A DNA stretch of 64,000 nucleotides from an uncultured Muribaculaceae bacterium (lineage in GTDB: Bacteria > Bacteroidota > Bacteroidia > Bacteroidales > Muribaculaceae). This document shows, one piece after another, positions 35,338-44,743 of the stretch (positions are counted from its first letter, which is position 1; the number at the start of each line of letters is the position of its first letter). Location of the stretch: positions 29,176-93,175 of the forward strand of contig CANCXM010000004.1 of assembly GCA_947381945.1 (NCBI GenBank). Reading direction: 5' to 3'. Below the pieces are notes generated by a model that did no database searches, was not told where the DNA came from, and was given only the letters and a program-made list of their open reading frames with translations. The position numbers and the translations under genes were made by a program.

Positions 35338-36290
35338 GCGGCTACCCTCCCTTCTCCGAATTTGCGGGGTTTGACATAACAGTTGATGAGCGGAGTGAGA
35401 CCGTTCATGATAAGGATGGCGAAGGAAACGCCTTCGGGATATGCACCCCACTGGCGGATGACTACGGTGATGATACCAATCATGATACCGTAGATGATCA
35501 TGCCTGCGTGGCTCATGGGCGAGGTGACATAGTCAGTCGCCATGAAGATAGCGCCGAGCATCAGACCGCCTGTGAGCAACTGGACACCTACATTGGCGCC
35601 GATGCAGAGCGAGAAGACGGCAACTGTGCCAAGGATGGCAACGGGGATATGCCAGGTGATGACGCGGGTGCAAAGAAGGTAGATGAAACCGATGAGAAGC
35701 GCGATGGCTCCGATCTCACCCATCGAACCGCCGGTAAAACCGAGCGCCTGCGTGAGAAGGTCGACATCCGCACCGGAAATCTGGTCCATCTTGAGCTGAC
35801 CGAGGGTTGTGGCACCGGTTGTCGCATCAAGGTAGTTGAGACGGTTTTCCATCGGGAGAGGCCATGTGGTCATCTGCACGGGGAACGAGAGGAGCAGGAA
35901 CACACGACCGACAAGTGCGGGATTGAAAATGTTGCAACCGAGACCGCCAAAAGTCATCTTGCCGATACCGATTGCGATGACGCAACCGATGAGGACTGTC
36001 CAGATCGGAAGATTCGACGGGAGGTTGAGCGCGAGAAGAAGACCGGTAAGCACAGCCGACATGTTGCCGATTGTGGGACGTTCTCCAAGCATGTAGCGCG
36101 AGATGAGATATTCAACGGCTACGCAACCGACTATAGACGTGACTATTACGATTGCTGCGCCGATACCGAAGCAGTAGAGCGCCAAAGCGACGGCGGGAAG
36201 AAGTGCAATGATGACATGCGTCATCAGCTTCTTCACCGTGACAGATGTCTGCGCATGGGGCGAAGGTGAAATGGTGATAAGCTGGCTCAT
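35334..36290 (-). CDS. rnfD: Rnf complex subunit D
   Basis: 318 aa and polytopic. It shows the RnfD length and motifs (SPSPH near the N-terminus, MATDYVTSP FMN site). Confidence 0.9.
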   Translation of the reverse strand: MSQLITISPSPHAQTSVTVKKLMTHVIIALLPAVALALYCFGIGAAIVIVTSIVGCVAVEYLISRYMLGERPTIGNMSAVLTGLLLALNLPSNLPIWTVLIGCVIAIGIGKMTFGGLGCNIFNPALVGRVFLLLSFPVQMTTWPLPMENRLNYLDATTGATTLGQLKMDQISGADVDLLTQALGFTGGSMGEIGAIALLIGFIYLLCTRVITWHIPVAILGTVAVFSLCIGANVGVQLLTGGLMLGAIFMATDYVTSPMSHAGMIIYGIMIGIITVVIRQWGAYPEGVSFAILIMNGLTPLINCYVKPRKFGEGRVAA

Positions 36291-36321
36291 TACTAAGTTT
36301 TGAAATTGGTATTAGTCGGTG

Positions 36322-36329
36322 CAAAATTA
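36322..36329 (-). promoter_or_regulatory. Candidate -7 promoter box (TAATTTTG on minus strand) directly upstream of rnfD
   Basis: Plus-strand CAAAATTA at 36322-36329, ~32 nt upstream of the rnfD ATG. A terminator for the upstream gene lies at 36441-36479. Confidence 0.4.
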
Positions 36330-36440
36330 AGAAAAAATTTTAAAATATTGCATAATTAATCTTCACTTAATGCACAATTACTGTTTTGGAGAGCATAATT
36401 CATAGTGGTTTACGGATGACTTGAAACAATGTCCGGGCAG

Positions 36441-36479
36441 AAAAAACTCAGGCCGGCTCCGGAATGGAGTCGGCCTGAG
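36441..36479 (-). terminator. Rho-independent terminator after the PUL-1 lipoprotein gene
   Basis: CTCAGGCCG...CGGCCTGAG with an inner CTCC/GGAG stem. On the minus strand it is followed by TTTTTT (plus-strand A-run 36441-36446). Confidence 0.75.
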
Positions 36480-36541
36480 GCTTTTGGAAGATGTCCGATA
36501 TTTAACTTCAGTCAAATATCGTAGACATCATTTTTTCGAGA

Positions 36542-38830
36542 TTAGTACCAACGGGGGTCACCGATGCGCTTCTGATAAATCTCGTGAGACTGAACCTTGG
36601 CATCAGAGCCGCGGACCTTAAGAGCCTCGAAGATGTTATCGGGAGCTGCATGGTCTTCCCTGTGGGGAGCAGCCTTGCTGTAGTTGGTATGCTTCGGGTT
36701 GGGAGCCTGGAAGAATTCATCGGCGCGGAGCGGAGTTGCACCGGTCTTAACGACGAGGTCAGATGCATCACCGGAAACAAGACCGGGAGTCCAATCCCAC
36801 TTGTCGCCGATGGAGTTCTTCTTGGCCGAGAAGCCGGCTGAGGTGAAGATACCGTCGTCCTTCATGTGGGCGTCACGCGAACCGAGCGAATAGTTGTCCT
36901 TGAGGTCCCATGTCACATTGGCTGCACCAGCGATATTGCGGAAGTCACAGCCTGACTGGTTGAGTTCGCGAGTGTCGTTCTTATCAGATGCAAGAACGAT
37001 GAGGTTGTTCTTGAATGTGATTTTCGAATCATTGGGCATAAAGCGGAATTCGAAGAGCATACGGCCTGACGAACGGGTCGAGAAGTTGATGAACGTACAG
37101 TTCTCGATAGCGATGTTGAAGTGGATGTCATCGCCCCAGAGAAGGTCCTTGTTGTTGTCAGAGAGGAGGGCGTGGCGCGGAGAATCGTAGAATGTGCAAC
37201 GACGCATCTGGAAATCATTGTAGAGATTTGATTTCGCATTGTTACCGTCACCTGCAAACCAGGAGTAACCGCGACCGTTGTTGTCATAGTAGCCCTGATT
37301 GTAGAAGAGACAGTCCTCGATAAGGATCTTCTTGAAGATTTTGTAGCGGGGACCCTGCACACGGAAGAAGCCGCGGGTGAAGCCCTGGAATGTACAGTTC
37401 TTAAGCTGGAACGATTCAAATGTCACGGCAAGACCGCCTGAGTACATGTTGACGAAGTAGTTACCGGTAGCGCTGCCGTCGCCAAAGTTGCGGGCGAGAG
37501 GACACTGGAAGTCAATGCCTTCGAAAATGACGTCGCCAATTTCGATAGGAGCATCAACGTCGCCTGCTTCCTTGTTCTTACCAAGTACCCAGTTTCCGGT
37601 CACAGGATTGCCACCCTTAAGGGAGATACCGCCGAGGTAAACGACTGCACGCTTGCCTTCAGCGAGGTCATCGGGATGTGTAGCAAGGGTGAAGCCTTTC
37701 TGTACGAGGGGGTTACCGGTGGTGTAGTAGTTGTGTCCACCACGGAGATAGTAAACCTGGCCTTCTGCAATCTCATTTGAGTTTACAAAGTTGGTGATGA
37801 TGGTGTCAATACGTGTTGCATTGTACTCTACTGCACCGGGGATAGTGTCATTGGGGTCAACGATAGGCTCGATGATGATGGGATCACCGGGGTCACCCTT
37901 GGTGCGGACAAAAACCTGATTGTATTCAGCATCGATGTCGGTGCTGACAGTCTCACCTGACATATTTGTATAGGTGAACATGCGTGAATCATTACGGAGG
38001 GTGATGTAGTATCCGCAGTTTTCGTCAAGACCGGTAAGGCGGATTTCACCGGCAGCCTTTTCCTCGTCTGTCAGGGTACGGAGACCATTGACAAATCCGT
38101 CAGGCATCTTGGCATTCGGATTAAAAGGAGCAGGCTTGACTACGATTGTGCTGACAACGAAATTGCCGTTGTTATCGACATCGAAGCGGTTCTTGATGTA
38201 GTCGGGGTTTGGTGTGCCGTCCTCAAGAGTCTCCATGAGGTCTGACGATGAATAGTCCTTGGCATCAAATGCGAGCTTATAAGTAAAGGTAACCTCATGG
38301 TAATCCTTTTCCTTCTGTCCGCAGATACCGGGAGTGGTGTAGCGGTCATCAGTCTTGATACCGCAGAAATCCTCCCACTCGCGGCCACCGCCGAGTCCAT
38401 ACCATTCCGAGTGATGGCCTTCGCCCTTGGGCGAAAGTACACGGATGATAAAACGGTAGTCGGTTCCATAGTTGAGGTTGGGAATTTCAACATGAGTGAC
38501 ATCCGGACCTACGACAAAGGATTCGACAATCTTGGCGGGATCATTCCAATCCTCCAGAAGACCGGTGTTGAGATTCTCGGCATAACGGATCTCATAGCCT
38601 GCAGCCCCTTGAATACCGAACCAATGGAGTTGGACAGTGTTTCGTGTGCGGGGAACAAGTTTTGAAGAATATTCGTCGTTCTCGGGTTTTACATTAGTAG
38701 TGTTCTCGGACCTGAACATTGTTCTTGGCATACGGTCCAAATCCACGGGTGAATAGTTTACATCGTCATCCTTACACGAAGTCGCCCCGAGAGCAACGAG
38801 AAGCGTAAGAGCATATATGAATTTTTTCAT
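36542..38830 (-). CDS. PUL-1 surface lipoprotein, FN3-like N-domain plus right-handed beta-helix (DUF4957/DUF5123-like, putative glycan-binding protein)
   Basis: 762 aa. The lipoprotein signal plus export signal is LGATSCKDDD. PbH1-like repeats are present (LKNCTFQGF, IEDCLFYN, MRRCTFYD, IENCTFINF). It lies downstream of susC/susD and has paralogues at 50288 and 52848. Confidence 0.7.
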   Translation of the reverse strand: MKKFIYALTLLVALGATSCKDDDVNYSPVDLDRMPRTMFRSENTTNVKPENDEYSSKLVPRTRNTVQLHWFGIQGAAGYEIRYAENLNTGLLEDWNDPAKIVESFVVGPDVTHVEIPNLNYGTDYRFIIRVLSPKGEGHHSEWYGLGGGREWEDFCGIKTDDRYTTPGICGQKEKDYHEVTFTYKLAFDAKDYSSSDLMETLEDGTPNPDYIKNRFDVDNNGNFVVSTIVVKPAPFNPNAKMPDGFVNGLRTLTDEEKAAGEIRLTGLDENCGYYITLRNDSRMFTYTNMSGETVSTDIDAEYNQVFVRTKGDPGDPIIIEPIVDPNDTIPGAVEYNATRIDTIITNFVNSNEIAEGQVYYLRGGHNYYTTGNPLVQKGFTLATHPDDLAEGKRAVVYLGGISLKGGNPVTGNWVLGKNKEAGDVDAPIEIGDVIFEGIDFQCPLARNFGDGSATGNYFVNMYSGGLAVTFESFQLKNCTFQGFTRGFFRVQGPRYKIFKKILIEDCLFYNQGYYDNNGRGYSWFAGDGNNAKSNLYNDFQMRRCTFYDSPRHALLSDNNKDLLWGDDIHFNIAIENCTFINFSTRSSGRMLFEFRFMPNDSKITFKNNLIVLASDKNDTRELNQSGCDFRNIAGAANVTWDLKDNYSLGSRDAHMKDDGIFTSAGFSAKKNSIGDKWDWTPGLVSGDASDLVVKTGATPLRADEFFQAPNPKHTNYSKAAPHREDHAAPDNIFEALKVRGSDAKVQSHEIYQKRIGDPRWY

Positions 38831-38855
38831 TGTTCTTTAGTTTTTCTGATTGGGA

Positions 38856-40928
38856 TTACTTGTAACCGTATTTATTCTCATAGCGACCCTGCGAACGGCT
38901 TATGACAGCACGGGGAATAGGAAGAATATAGCGGAGCACAGGAAGATCCTTACGGCCGGGGAATGTGGCGAGATCTCGCGAATCCATTGCGAAACGGCCA
39001 TTGTCATTAATCATGACGACACCGCCTGCTCCATTCTCGTCGCCTTCGTCCGGAGTCATGTAGATGTAGCCTCGGAGTGAGAATCGGATTTCATTGCGGA
39101 TGACACCCTCTTTTGACCATTCGACGATGTCCTCGCGTACATTGCTGAGTCCTAATGCATTTGCCTCGGCAGATGACATTGTCTTGTAGGGATTCAGGAT
39201 ACGGCATACCTTGACAGTCTGATTGGGGAAAACGTTCTTGGCATAGATGGGCATCTCCACTCCGTCGACAGTCATCTTGTTGTCAGTCGTGCGAACGTTG
39301 CGGATTGAGAAAGGCACCTTGTCGTAGGCTTCATCATTACCGTCAAAGTCATAGGCTGCAACATGAGCAAGGTTGGACGAAGAGGTCTCAGAAGACTCGG
39401 CAAGCGAGAGATAGCGGTAGAAAGTCCAATATACATTCTCAGCAAGGAGGTCGTGGCGGACGAGATCGCGCCAACGCATGTTCTCACCGGCGAACTCAAA
39501 CTTACGTTCATCAAGCACGAGCTTACGGAAAGCATCCTCTGATGTGCGGGCTGAGATATAAGGCTCAACAAGTTCAGGGTTGTTTGGGAAAGCGCGATGG
39601 CGAACCTGGGCGACTGCTTCCATTGCCTTGGCTCCGTTAGGACCGCCGACACCGTGCTCAATCTCATTGATGGCCTCAGCATACATGAGAAGCACGTCAG
39701 TATAGCGCATGAAGGGGAAGTCGATACCGGTCTTGTCAGTGGTCTGGTTGCCGAGACCTCCGTTGACCCAGAGCTTCGACCACTTACCGTTGGAGACGGT
39801 GTAGTCGTTGTCAAACATCGCATCACCGTTAGGTGCATCGTACTTTATGAGCTGGTTGACATAGTCGCGGCGGACATCGTTCTCATTGAACATGAAACGA
39901 TATGTGGCGTTAAGGCGGACATCAGACTTGGCCTCACCATAGTTATGGGGAGTCTCACTCTGATAGGAGCTCATCTTCGGGCCGTGGGCATAGCCTACGC
40001 GTCCGTTGGCTGTTTTTGCGAAAGGAATCTCCCAGATGATGTCGTCACCGGTCGATGAGATGAAGTTACATTCATCGTAGAACACCTGATAGAATTCCTT
40101 TCCGAGACGGTGCTTCTGCGAATCGATGACCTTCTGGGCGTAGTCGCGGGCGATGGCGTAATAGTCCAGATAATTGTCATTCATGCGGACCATCTTGCCA
40201 TAGCTGTCACCGTCGGGACGGAGGGTATAGCCGGCGGCAGTCTGCGCGATGCGCGCGATCATTGCCCATGCCATTTCCTTGGAGATACGCTCGACACCAT
40301 CGGAAAGCTCGTCGGAATACTTCATATCTTCAGCCACTTCCTTGAGGTCCTCGATAACTTTGTCAAGAATCTCGGCACGATCCATGATGGGATAGATCTT
40401 CTCGGTTGCAGTGCGCGAGGAATTGAACGAGAAAGGAACGTCACCGAACATCCAGGTGAGGTCATGGTAGACAATTGCGCGCATCACCTTGGCTTCGCCG
40501 ACCATCTGACGGATGTCTGCATACTCAAGCTCGTCTTCAGGATTGTAAAGATCAGAAGCCTCGGCACCCTCTACAAAGAGGTTGGCCAATTCGATTGTGG
40601 CATACTGCTGCTTCCATGTCGAGCTTATGTTGCCTCCGTCGGGGTCTGCATCGTAACGATACCAGTTCGAGCCTGAAAGGAATCGGCCGGAGTTGGTCTT
40701 GAAGTCAACGTCAGTGTTCATGACGTAGGTTGAGTACAGCTTGTCGCCATAGGTGTCGCCGCTCAGCATGGCAGTGTAGATACCGTTGAGGGCATTGTTC
40801 ATCTCGGTCTTGTCGGAGTAAACATAGTCCGGGTCGTTCTGCGAGGGTGCATCAACGTCCAGATAGTCCGAGCAAGAGGCAAGTGCCACTACCGAGAGAC
40901 CTGTTAAAAATATATTGCGAAATTTCAT
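38856..40928 (-). CDS. SusD/RagB-family nutrient-binding lipoprotein (PUL-1)
   Basis: 690 aa with a lipobox ALASCSDYLDVDAPS. SusD motifs RYTDVLLMYAEA and ERKFEFAGENMRWRDLVR are present. Confidence 0.93.
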   Translation of the reverse strand: MKFRNIFLTGLSVVALASCSDYLDVDAPSQNDPDYVYSDKTEMNNALNGIYTAMLSGDTYGDKLYSTYVMNTDVDFKTNSGRFLSGSNWYRYDADPDGGNISSTWKQQYATIELANLFVEGAEASDLYNPEDELEYADIRQMVGEAKVMRAIVYHDLTWMFGDVPFSFNSSRTATEKIYPIMDRAEILDKVIEDLKEVAEDMKYSDELSDGVERISKEMAWAMIARIAQTAAGYTLRPDGDSYGKMVRMNDNYLDYYAIARDYAQKVIDSQKHRLGKEFYQVFYDECNFISSTGDDIIWEIPFAKTANGRVGYAHGPKMSSYQSETPHNYGEAKSDVRLNATYRFMFNENDVRRDYVNQLIKYDAPNGDAMFDNDYTVSNGKWSKLWVNGGLGNQTTDKTGIDFPFMRYTDVLLMYAEAINEIEHGVGGPNGAKAMEAVAQVRHRAFPNNPELVEPYISARTSEDAFRKLVLDERKFEFAGENMRWRDLVRHDLLAENVYWTFYRYLSLAESSETSSSNLAHVAAYDFDGNDEAYDKVPFSIRNVRTTDNKMTVDGVEMPIYAKNVFPNQTVKVCRILNPYKTMSSAEANALGLSNVREDIVEWSKEGVIRNEIRFSLRGYIYMTPDEGDENGAGGVVMINDNGRFAMDSRDLATFPGRKDLPVLRYILPIPRAVISRSQGRYENKYGYK

Positions 40929-40961
40929 TGTGATTATTCCGTAATTGGTATTATGATTTAA

Positions 40962-43900
40962 TTAGAAGGTCACGTTAAGACCGAAAACGTAGCTACGTGA
41001 ACGCGGGTAGCGGTTCATATCGTAGGAAGGAGTGAGGCCGCTCTGCACATCAATTTCGGGGTCAAAACCGGAATAGCTGGTGATGATGAACGGATTGGTC
41101 ACAGAAGCATAGAAGCGGAGCTTCGACATGCCGGCCTTGCTGATGATATTCTGGGGAAGTGAGTAGCCGAGAGTGATGTCGGTACAACGGAGGAATGAAC
41201 CGTCCTCAACGAAACGTGAAATGGTGTATTCCTTGGTGATGTCGGCGGGGTTCCACTCTTTGCGGTTGCCGTTGATGTACTGATACATCTCATAGCCCCA
41301 GAGCTCTCTGTTTTCAGTCATGGGAACGCCTGAACCTTCGAAGTTTGTCCATGTGCCCTGAGTGTTGCCAAGCATGTGTTCCCAACGCTTCTCGACATCA
41401 GTGTAGGTCCAACGTGTGCCCTTGTTGAACGACGAGAGGACATTGTAGAAATTGTTCTTGTTGTTCATCGAGGATGACAGACGGTAGGCAGTTGCGTTGT
41501 AGACGTCGAAGTCAAGGAAGAAGGTGAAGTTGGCTGTGAAGTCAAAACCCTTATACTGACCGTTGAGGCCGAAACCACCCTGGAGTTTGGGAGTCGTGCG
41601 GCCGATGATGGTCTTGTCGTTCTGGTCAATCACGCCATCGCCGTTGAGGTCCTTGAATTTGGGCTTACCGGGCTGTGTCTGTGCGCCCTGGTCATTCGAG
41701 TTATACATATTGTCCATAAGTATTGTACCCGAAACGAGCTTGCCGTTCTCATCGAACACCTGGGGAATGGGATCGTAGGCAGACTTTGCTGCGTTGTAGG
41801 TGAATTCGTCAAAGCCATAAAGACCGTCGTAGACATAACCATAGATGAGACCTACTTCGCCACCGACTTCAAGACGGTAGTTGTTACCTGCGTCTTTGTC
41901 AGCGCGGGAGTGATGGAGTTCGAGGAAGTTTTCATCGCCTGTGAGCTTGTCGACCTTCATCTTGTTGGCACCGAGGTTGAAGTTGGCCGAGAGGACATAG
42001 TCCTTACCACGGAGAATGTCGCCGTTGACAGAGATTTCAAAACCGCGGTTGGTCACCTGACCGATGTTCTGGAACTGCTTGCCATAGCCGATGGTGGTCA
42101 GCACGTCTGCCTCATAGATAAGGTCGGAAGTAGTGTTCCAGTAGTATTCCGGAGTGATACGCAGACGACCGTTGAAGAACGAAAGGTCGAGAGCGAAGTT
42201 GCGGGTGAGGGTAGTCTCCCACTTGATGTCGGGGTTGGGGAGATAGTTGGAGGTGTCGTAGTAAAGTTCACCATCAGGGTTCTCGGCAGATTCACCGAAG
42301 TTGGGACCACCTGAACCGTTGGAGGTGTAGAGATAACGCCACATGTCAGCTTTGATGCGGTTGTTACCGGCCTTACCGATAGCAGCACGGAGCTTAAGTT
42401 CGGTGAGCCAGGTGAGGTCCTTCATGAAATCCTCGCTTGATATAACCCATGCACCTGAAACCGAGGGGAAGTAGCCCCACTGGTGGCCGGGAGCGAACAT
42501 TGTCGAACCATCGGCACGGAATGTAGCCGAGAGGAGATACTTGTGGTCATAGTTGTAGTTGAGCTGACCGAAGTATGAAGTGGTGCGGTCTGCAGTGCCG
42601 AGGCTTGATTCAGAAACCCAGGGCTTGCCGAGACCGAGATTGTGGATAGCCTTGTCAGCTGTGATTTCGCGGGGGAAATAACGGTTCTTCTGCAAAGTTG
42701 ACTCACCCTGCTTGTGGTAAAGTTCGAAACCGACGAGAGCGTAGAAATTGTTCTTCTCCTTGATTGACCAATCGTAGGAAGCAGTTGTGGTCCATGTGTA
42801 CTGTGTTGTCTGCTTCTTTTCAACCTGAGCGACAGGAAGAGTCTGGTTATCGCGACCGGTTTTAGTCAGAGGGCCCCAGAAACGGTTGTCGTCGCTGAAT
42901 GAGAATGTATAGTTGCCTTCGGTGCGGAGAGTAAGGTTCTGGATAGGCTTGAACTCGAGAGAAGCCTGGTTGGCAATGGTGTAAGCGTGCTTCTTACGCA
43001 CATTTGTACGGATGTCGTTGACAGGGTTGGTGTATTCGAAGAGGGCTTCCTGGTCAGGGTCGGCTGCACCGGGAGTCCATGTGATACCACCGCCAAGTTC
43101 GCGGATACCGTTGGATGGACGGTAGCGGAGCACGTCGATGATACCGCCGGTGCCCACGTTGTCGCCACCTGCACCCTCGTCACGGCGATACGAAATCTTA
43201 GGATTGTACTGGAGTGTGAGGTTGGGGAGAAGCTTGGTCTGGAGTTTGGTGTGGATGTTTGTACGGCGAACGCCTGAACCCATGATGATACCGCGGTCGT
43301 CAGACTGGGTGAAAGAGATGTTGTAGCGGGTCTTGTCGTTACCGCCACCGATAGAGAGGTTGGTCGAGTAAGAGAAAGGATCATTACCCATCACCTCGTC
43401 CTGCCAATCGTGGGTGGGAGCGCTGCGATAAAGGTCAAGGTCACGGATGTTACCGAAATTGTAGCGGAAGAGCTTCGCTGCGCTGGAGGATTTCGAACGA
43501 CCGGTTGCAAAGTCCCACTGATAATCTACGAATCCGTAGGCATCCAGAAGGTCGAGCTTCTTGGAAATGTGGCTGACAGAACCCTGAAGATTGAGCGATA
43601 CCTGGGTCTTGCCTTCCTGAGCGGACTTGGTGGTCACGATGACTACACCATTACCACCCTTCGCACCATAGATAGCAGTGAGGGAGGCGTCCTTGAGGAT
43701 GTCGATGCTCTGGATGTCGCTCGGCGGGATGTCGTTGATATTCTCAACCTGGAAACCGTCGACGATATAGAGAGGGTCGTTGGACTGGGTCACTGACGTC
43801 GCACCACGCACGCGGATGTTGATGTCGGCACCCGGCTGACCGTCGACTGTGGTAACCTGCACACCTGCAACCTTACCCTGGAGGGCAACGGCGGCTGAGG

Positions 43901-44360
43901 TGACGGGGACAGCGGCGAGCTTGGCTCCGGAAACCGAACCTACCGAACCGGTGAGGTCGCGGCGGGCGCGGGTGCCACCGTAACCGATGACGACGACTTC
44001 TTCGAGTGATTCAGAGTCTTCAGAGAGGACAACATTGATGTTGGTCTGACCGTTGACAGCAATTTTTTCAGTTTTGTAGCCGATGTACGATACGACGATG
44101 GTAGCGTTCTTGGCAACGTTCTTGAGGGTAAAGTTACCGTCGATGTCAGTGACGACCACATTCTTGGTGCCGTCTACCTGGACGGTAGCTCCGATCATTG
44201 GTTCATCGGTGCCGTCGACCACCGTACCGGATACGGTGATATTCTGCGCATTGGCATTGAAACCGACACAGAGCACCAACAGAAGTAGCATTGTTTTCCA
44301 GTGCGTCGCAAAGGAAAAGTGCCGCAGCCATTGACTACGACTTGTCATTAAGTCTTTCAT
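40962..44360 (-). CDS. SusC/RagA-family TonB-dependent outer-membrane transporter (PUL-1)
   Basis: 1132 aa. It has a carboxypeptidase-regulatory-like domain (NITVSGTVVDGTDEPMIGATVQV), a TonB-box/plug (EEVVVIGYG) and a beta-barrel ending ...YVFGLNVTF. There is no STN signalling domain. Confidence 0.95.
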   Translation of the reverse strand: MKDLMTSRSQWLRHFSFATHWKTMLLLLVLCVGFNANAQNITVSGTVVDGTDEPMIGATVQVDGTKNVVVTDIDGNFTLKNVAKNATIVVSYIGYKTEKIAVNGQTNINVVLSEDSESLEEVVVIGYGGTRARRDLTGSVGSVSGAKLAAVPVTSAAVALQGKVAGVQVTTVDGQPGADINIRVRGATSVTQSNDPLYIVDGFQVENINDIPPSDIQSIDILKDASLTAIYGAKGGNGVVIVTTKSAQEGKTQVSLNLQGSVSHISKKLDLLDAYGFVDYQWDFATGRSKSSSAAKLFRYNFGNIRDLDLYRSAPTHDWQDEVMGNDPFSYSTNLSIGGGNDKTRYNISFTQSDDRGIIMGSGVRRTNIHTKLQTKLLPNLTLQYNPKISYRRDEGAGGDNVGTGGIIDVLRYRPSNGIRELGGGITWTPGAADPDQEALFEYTNPVNDIRTNVRKKHAYTIANQASLEFKPIQNLTLRTEGNYTFSFSDDNRFWGPLTKTGRDNQTLPVAQVEKKQTTQYTWTTTASYDWSIKEKNNFYALVGFELYHKQGESTLQKNRYFPREITADKAIHNLGLGKPWVSESSLGTADRTTSYFGQLNYNYDHKYLLSATFRADGSTMFAPGHQWGYFPSVSGAWVISSEDFMKDLTWLTELKLRAAIGKAGNNRIKADMWRYLYTSNGSGGPNFGESAENPDGELYYDTSNYLPNPDIKWETTLTRNFALDLSFFNGRLRITPEYYWNTTSDLIYEADVLTTIGYGKQFQNIGQVTNRGFEISVNGDILRGKDYVLSANFNLGANKMKVDKLTGDENFLELHHSRADKDAGNNYRLEVGGEVGLIYGYVYDGLYGFDEFTYNAAKSAYDPIPQVFDENGKLVSGTILMDNMYNSNDQGAQTQPGKPKFKDLNGDGVIDQNDKTIIGRTTPKLQGGFGLNGQYKGFDFTANFTFFLDFDVYNATAYRLSSSMNNKNNFYNVLSSFNKGTRWTYTDVEKRWEHMLGNTQGTWTNFEGSGVPMTENRELWGYEMYQYINGNRKEWNPADITKEYTISRFVEDGSFLRCTDITLGYSLPQNIISKAGMSKLRFYASVTNPFIITSYSGFDPEIDVQSGLTPSYDMNRYPRSRSYVFGLNVTF

Positions 44361-44438
44361 GTGATGATGTTAAATAATAATAAATAAGATTTCTTTCATG
44401 CAGTTTTTGTCTTCAATTTTTACTTGCCGATATAGAAA
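43600..44438. repeat. Left arm of the inverted repeat shared by susC-1 and susC-2 (perfect core 44074-44438)
   Basis: It is the reverse complement of 44744-45582. The first 365 nt are exact, and the remainder has ~25 mismatches by my manual alignment. Confidence 0.85.
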
Positions 44439-44540
44439 GTATTGGTTTTGTTTTCAATGATTGGTATAAGAGGTTAACAGTGAAGATGTTATACCCAAAT
44501 AAAAGTGCAATTTTCCTAAGGTGGGAATGCTAATTTGCGA

Positions 44541-44548
44541 CAAAATTA
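44541..44548 (-). promoter_or_regulatory. Candidate -7 promoter box (TAATTTTG, minus strand) in the unique spacer between susC-1 and susC-2
   Basis: Plus-strand CAAAATTA. It lies back to back with a weaker plus-strand ATATTTTG at 44553-44560. The shared leaders themselves contain no TAnnTTTG. Confidence 0.35.
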
Positions 44549-44743
44549 TGAAATATTTTGTAAAGTGCAAAGAAATCTAAAGTTTTTAACCAAATGGGTG
44601 AAATTGAGGGGATAAGGAGGCTAAATAGGCCGAAAAAACACGTCGATACAAGAAGGGTAATGTTAAATTTTATGCATTATAGCCCCAAAGACAGTAAGTT
44701 GTCGCAGGAATTCACTATGTCGGTATCATTCAGAATAGTACAT

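Noticed and set aside
35328-36269. 313-aa plus-strand ORF opposite rnfD. Similar cases are 33516-34103 opposite rnfA, 16276-16851 opposite the symporter, 20004-20489 and 20865-21278 opposite araB, 23421-23903 opposite mmdA, and 26435-26962 opposite mmdB.
   Set aside because: All are antisense shadows of confidently identified genes. Their composition is acidic or Gly/Asp-rich, with no motifs and no promoter or start context.
33525-36290. Alternative assignment of the four membrane subunits as NqrB-C-D-E of Na+-NQR
   Set aside because: There is no nqrA upstream or nqrF downstream. Subunit D is 318 aa, which is RnfD-sized (NqrB is longer). The A subunit has the RnfA-type ...FLGICPFIGVS motif.
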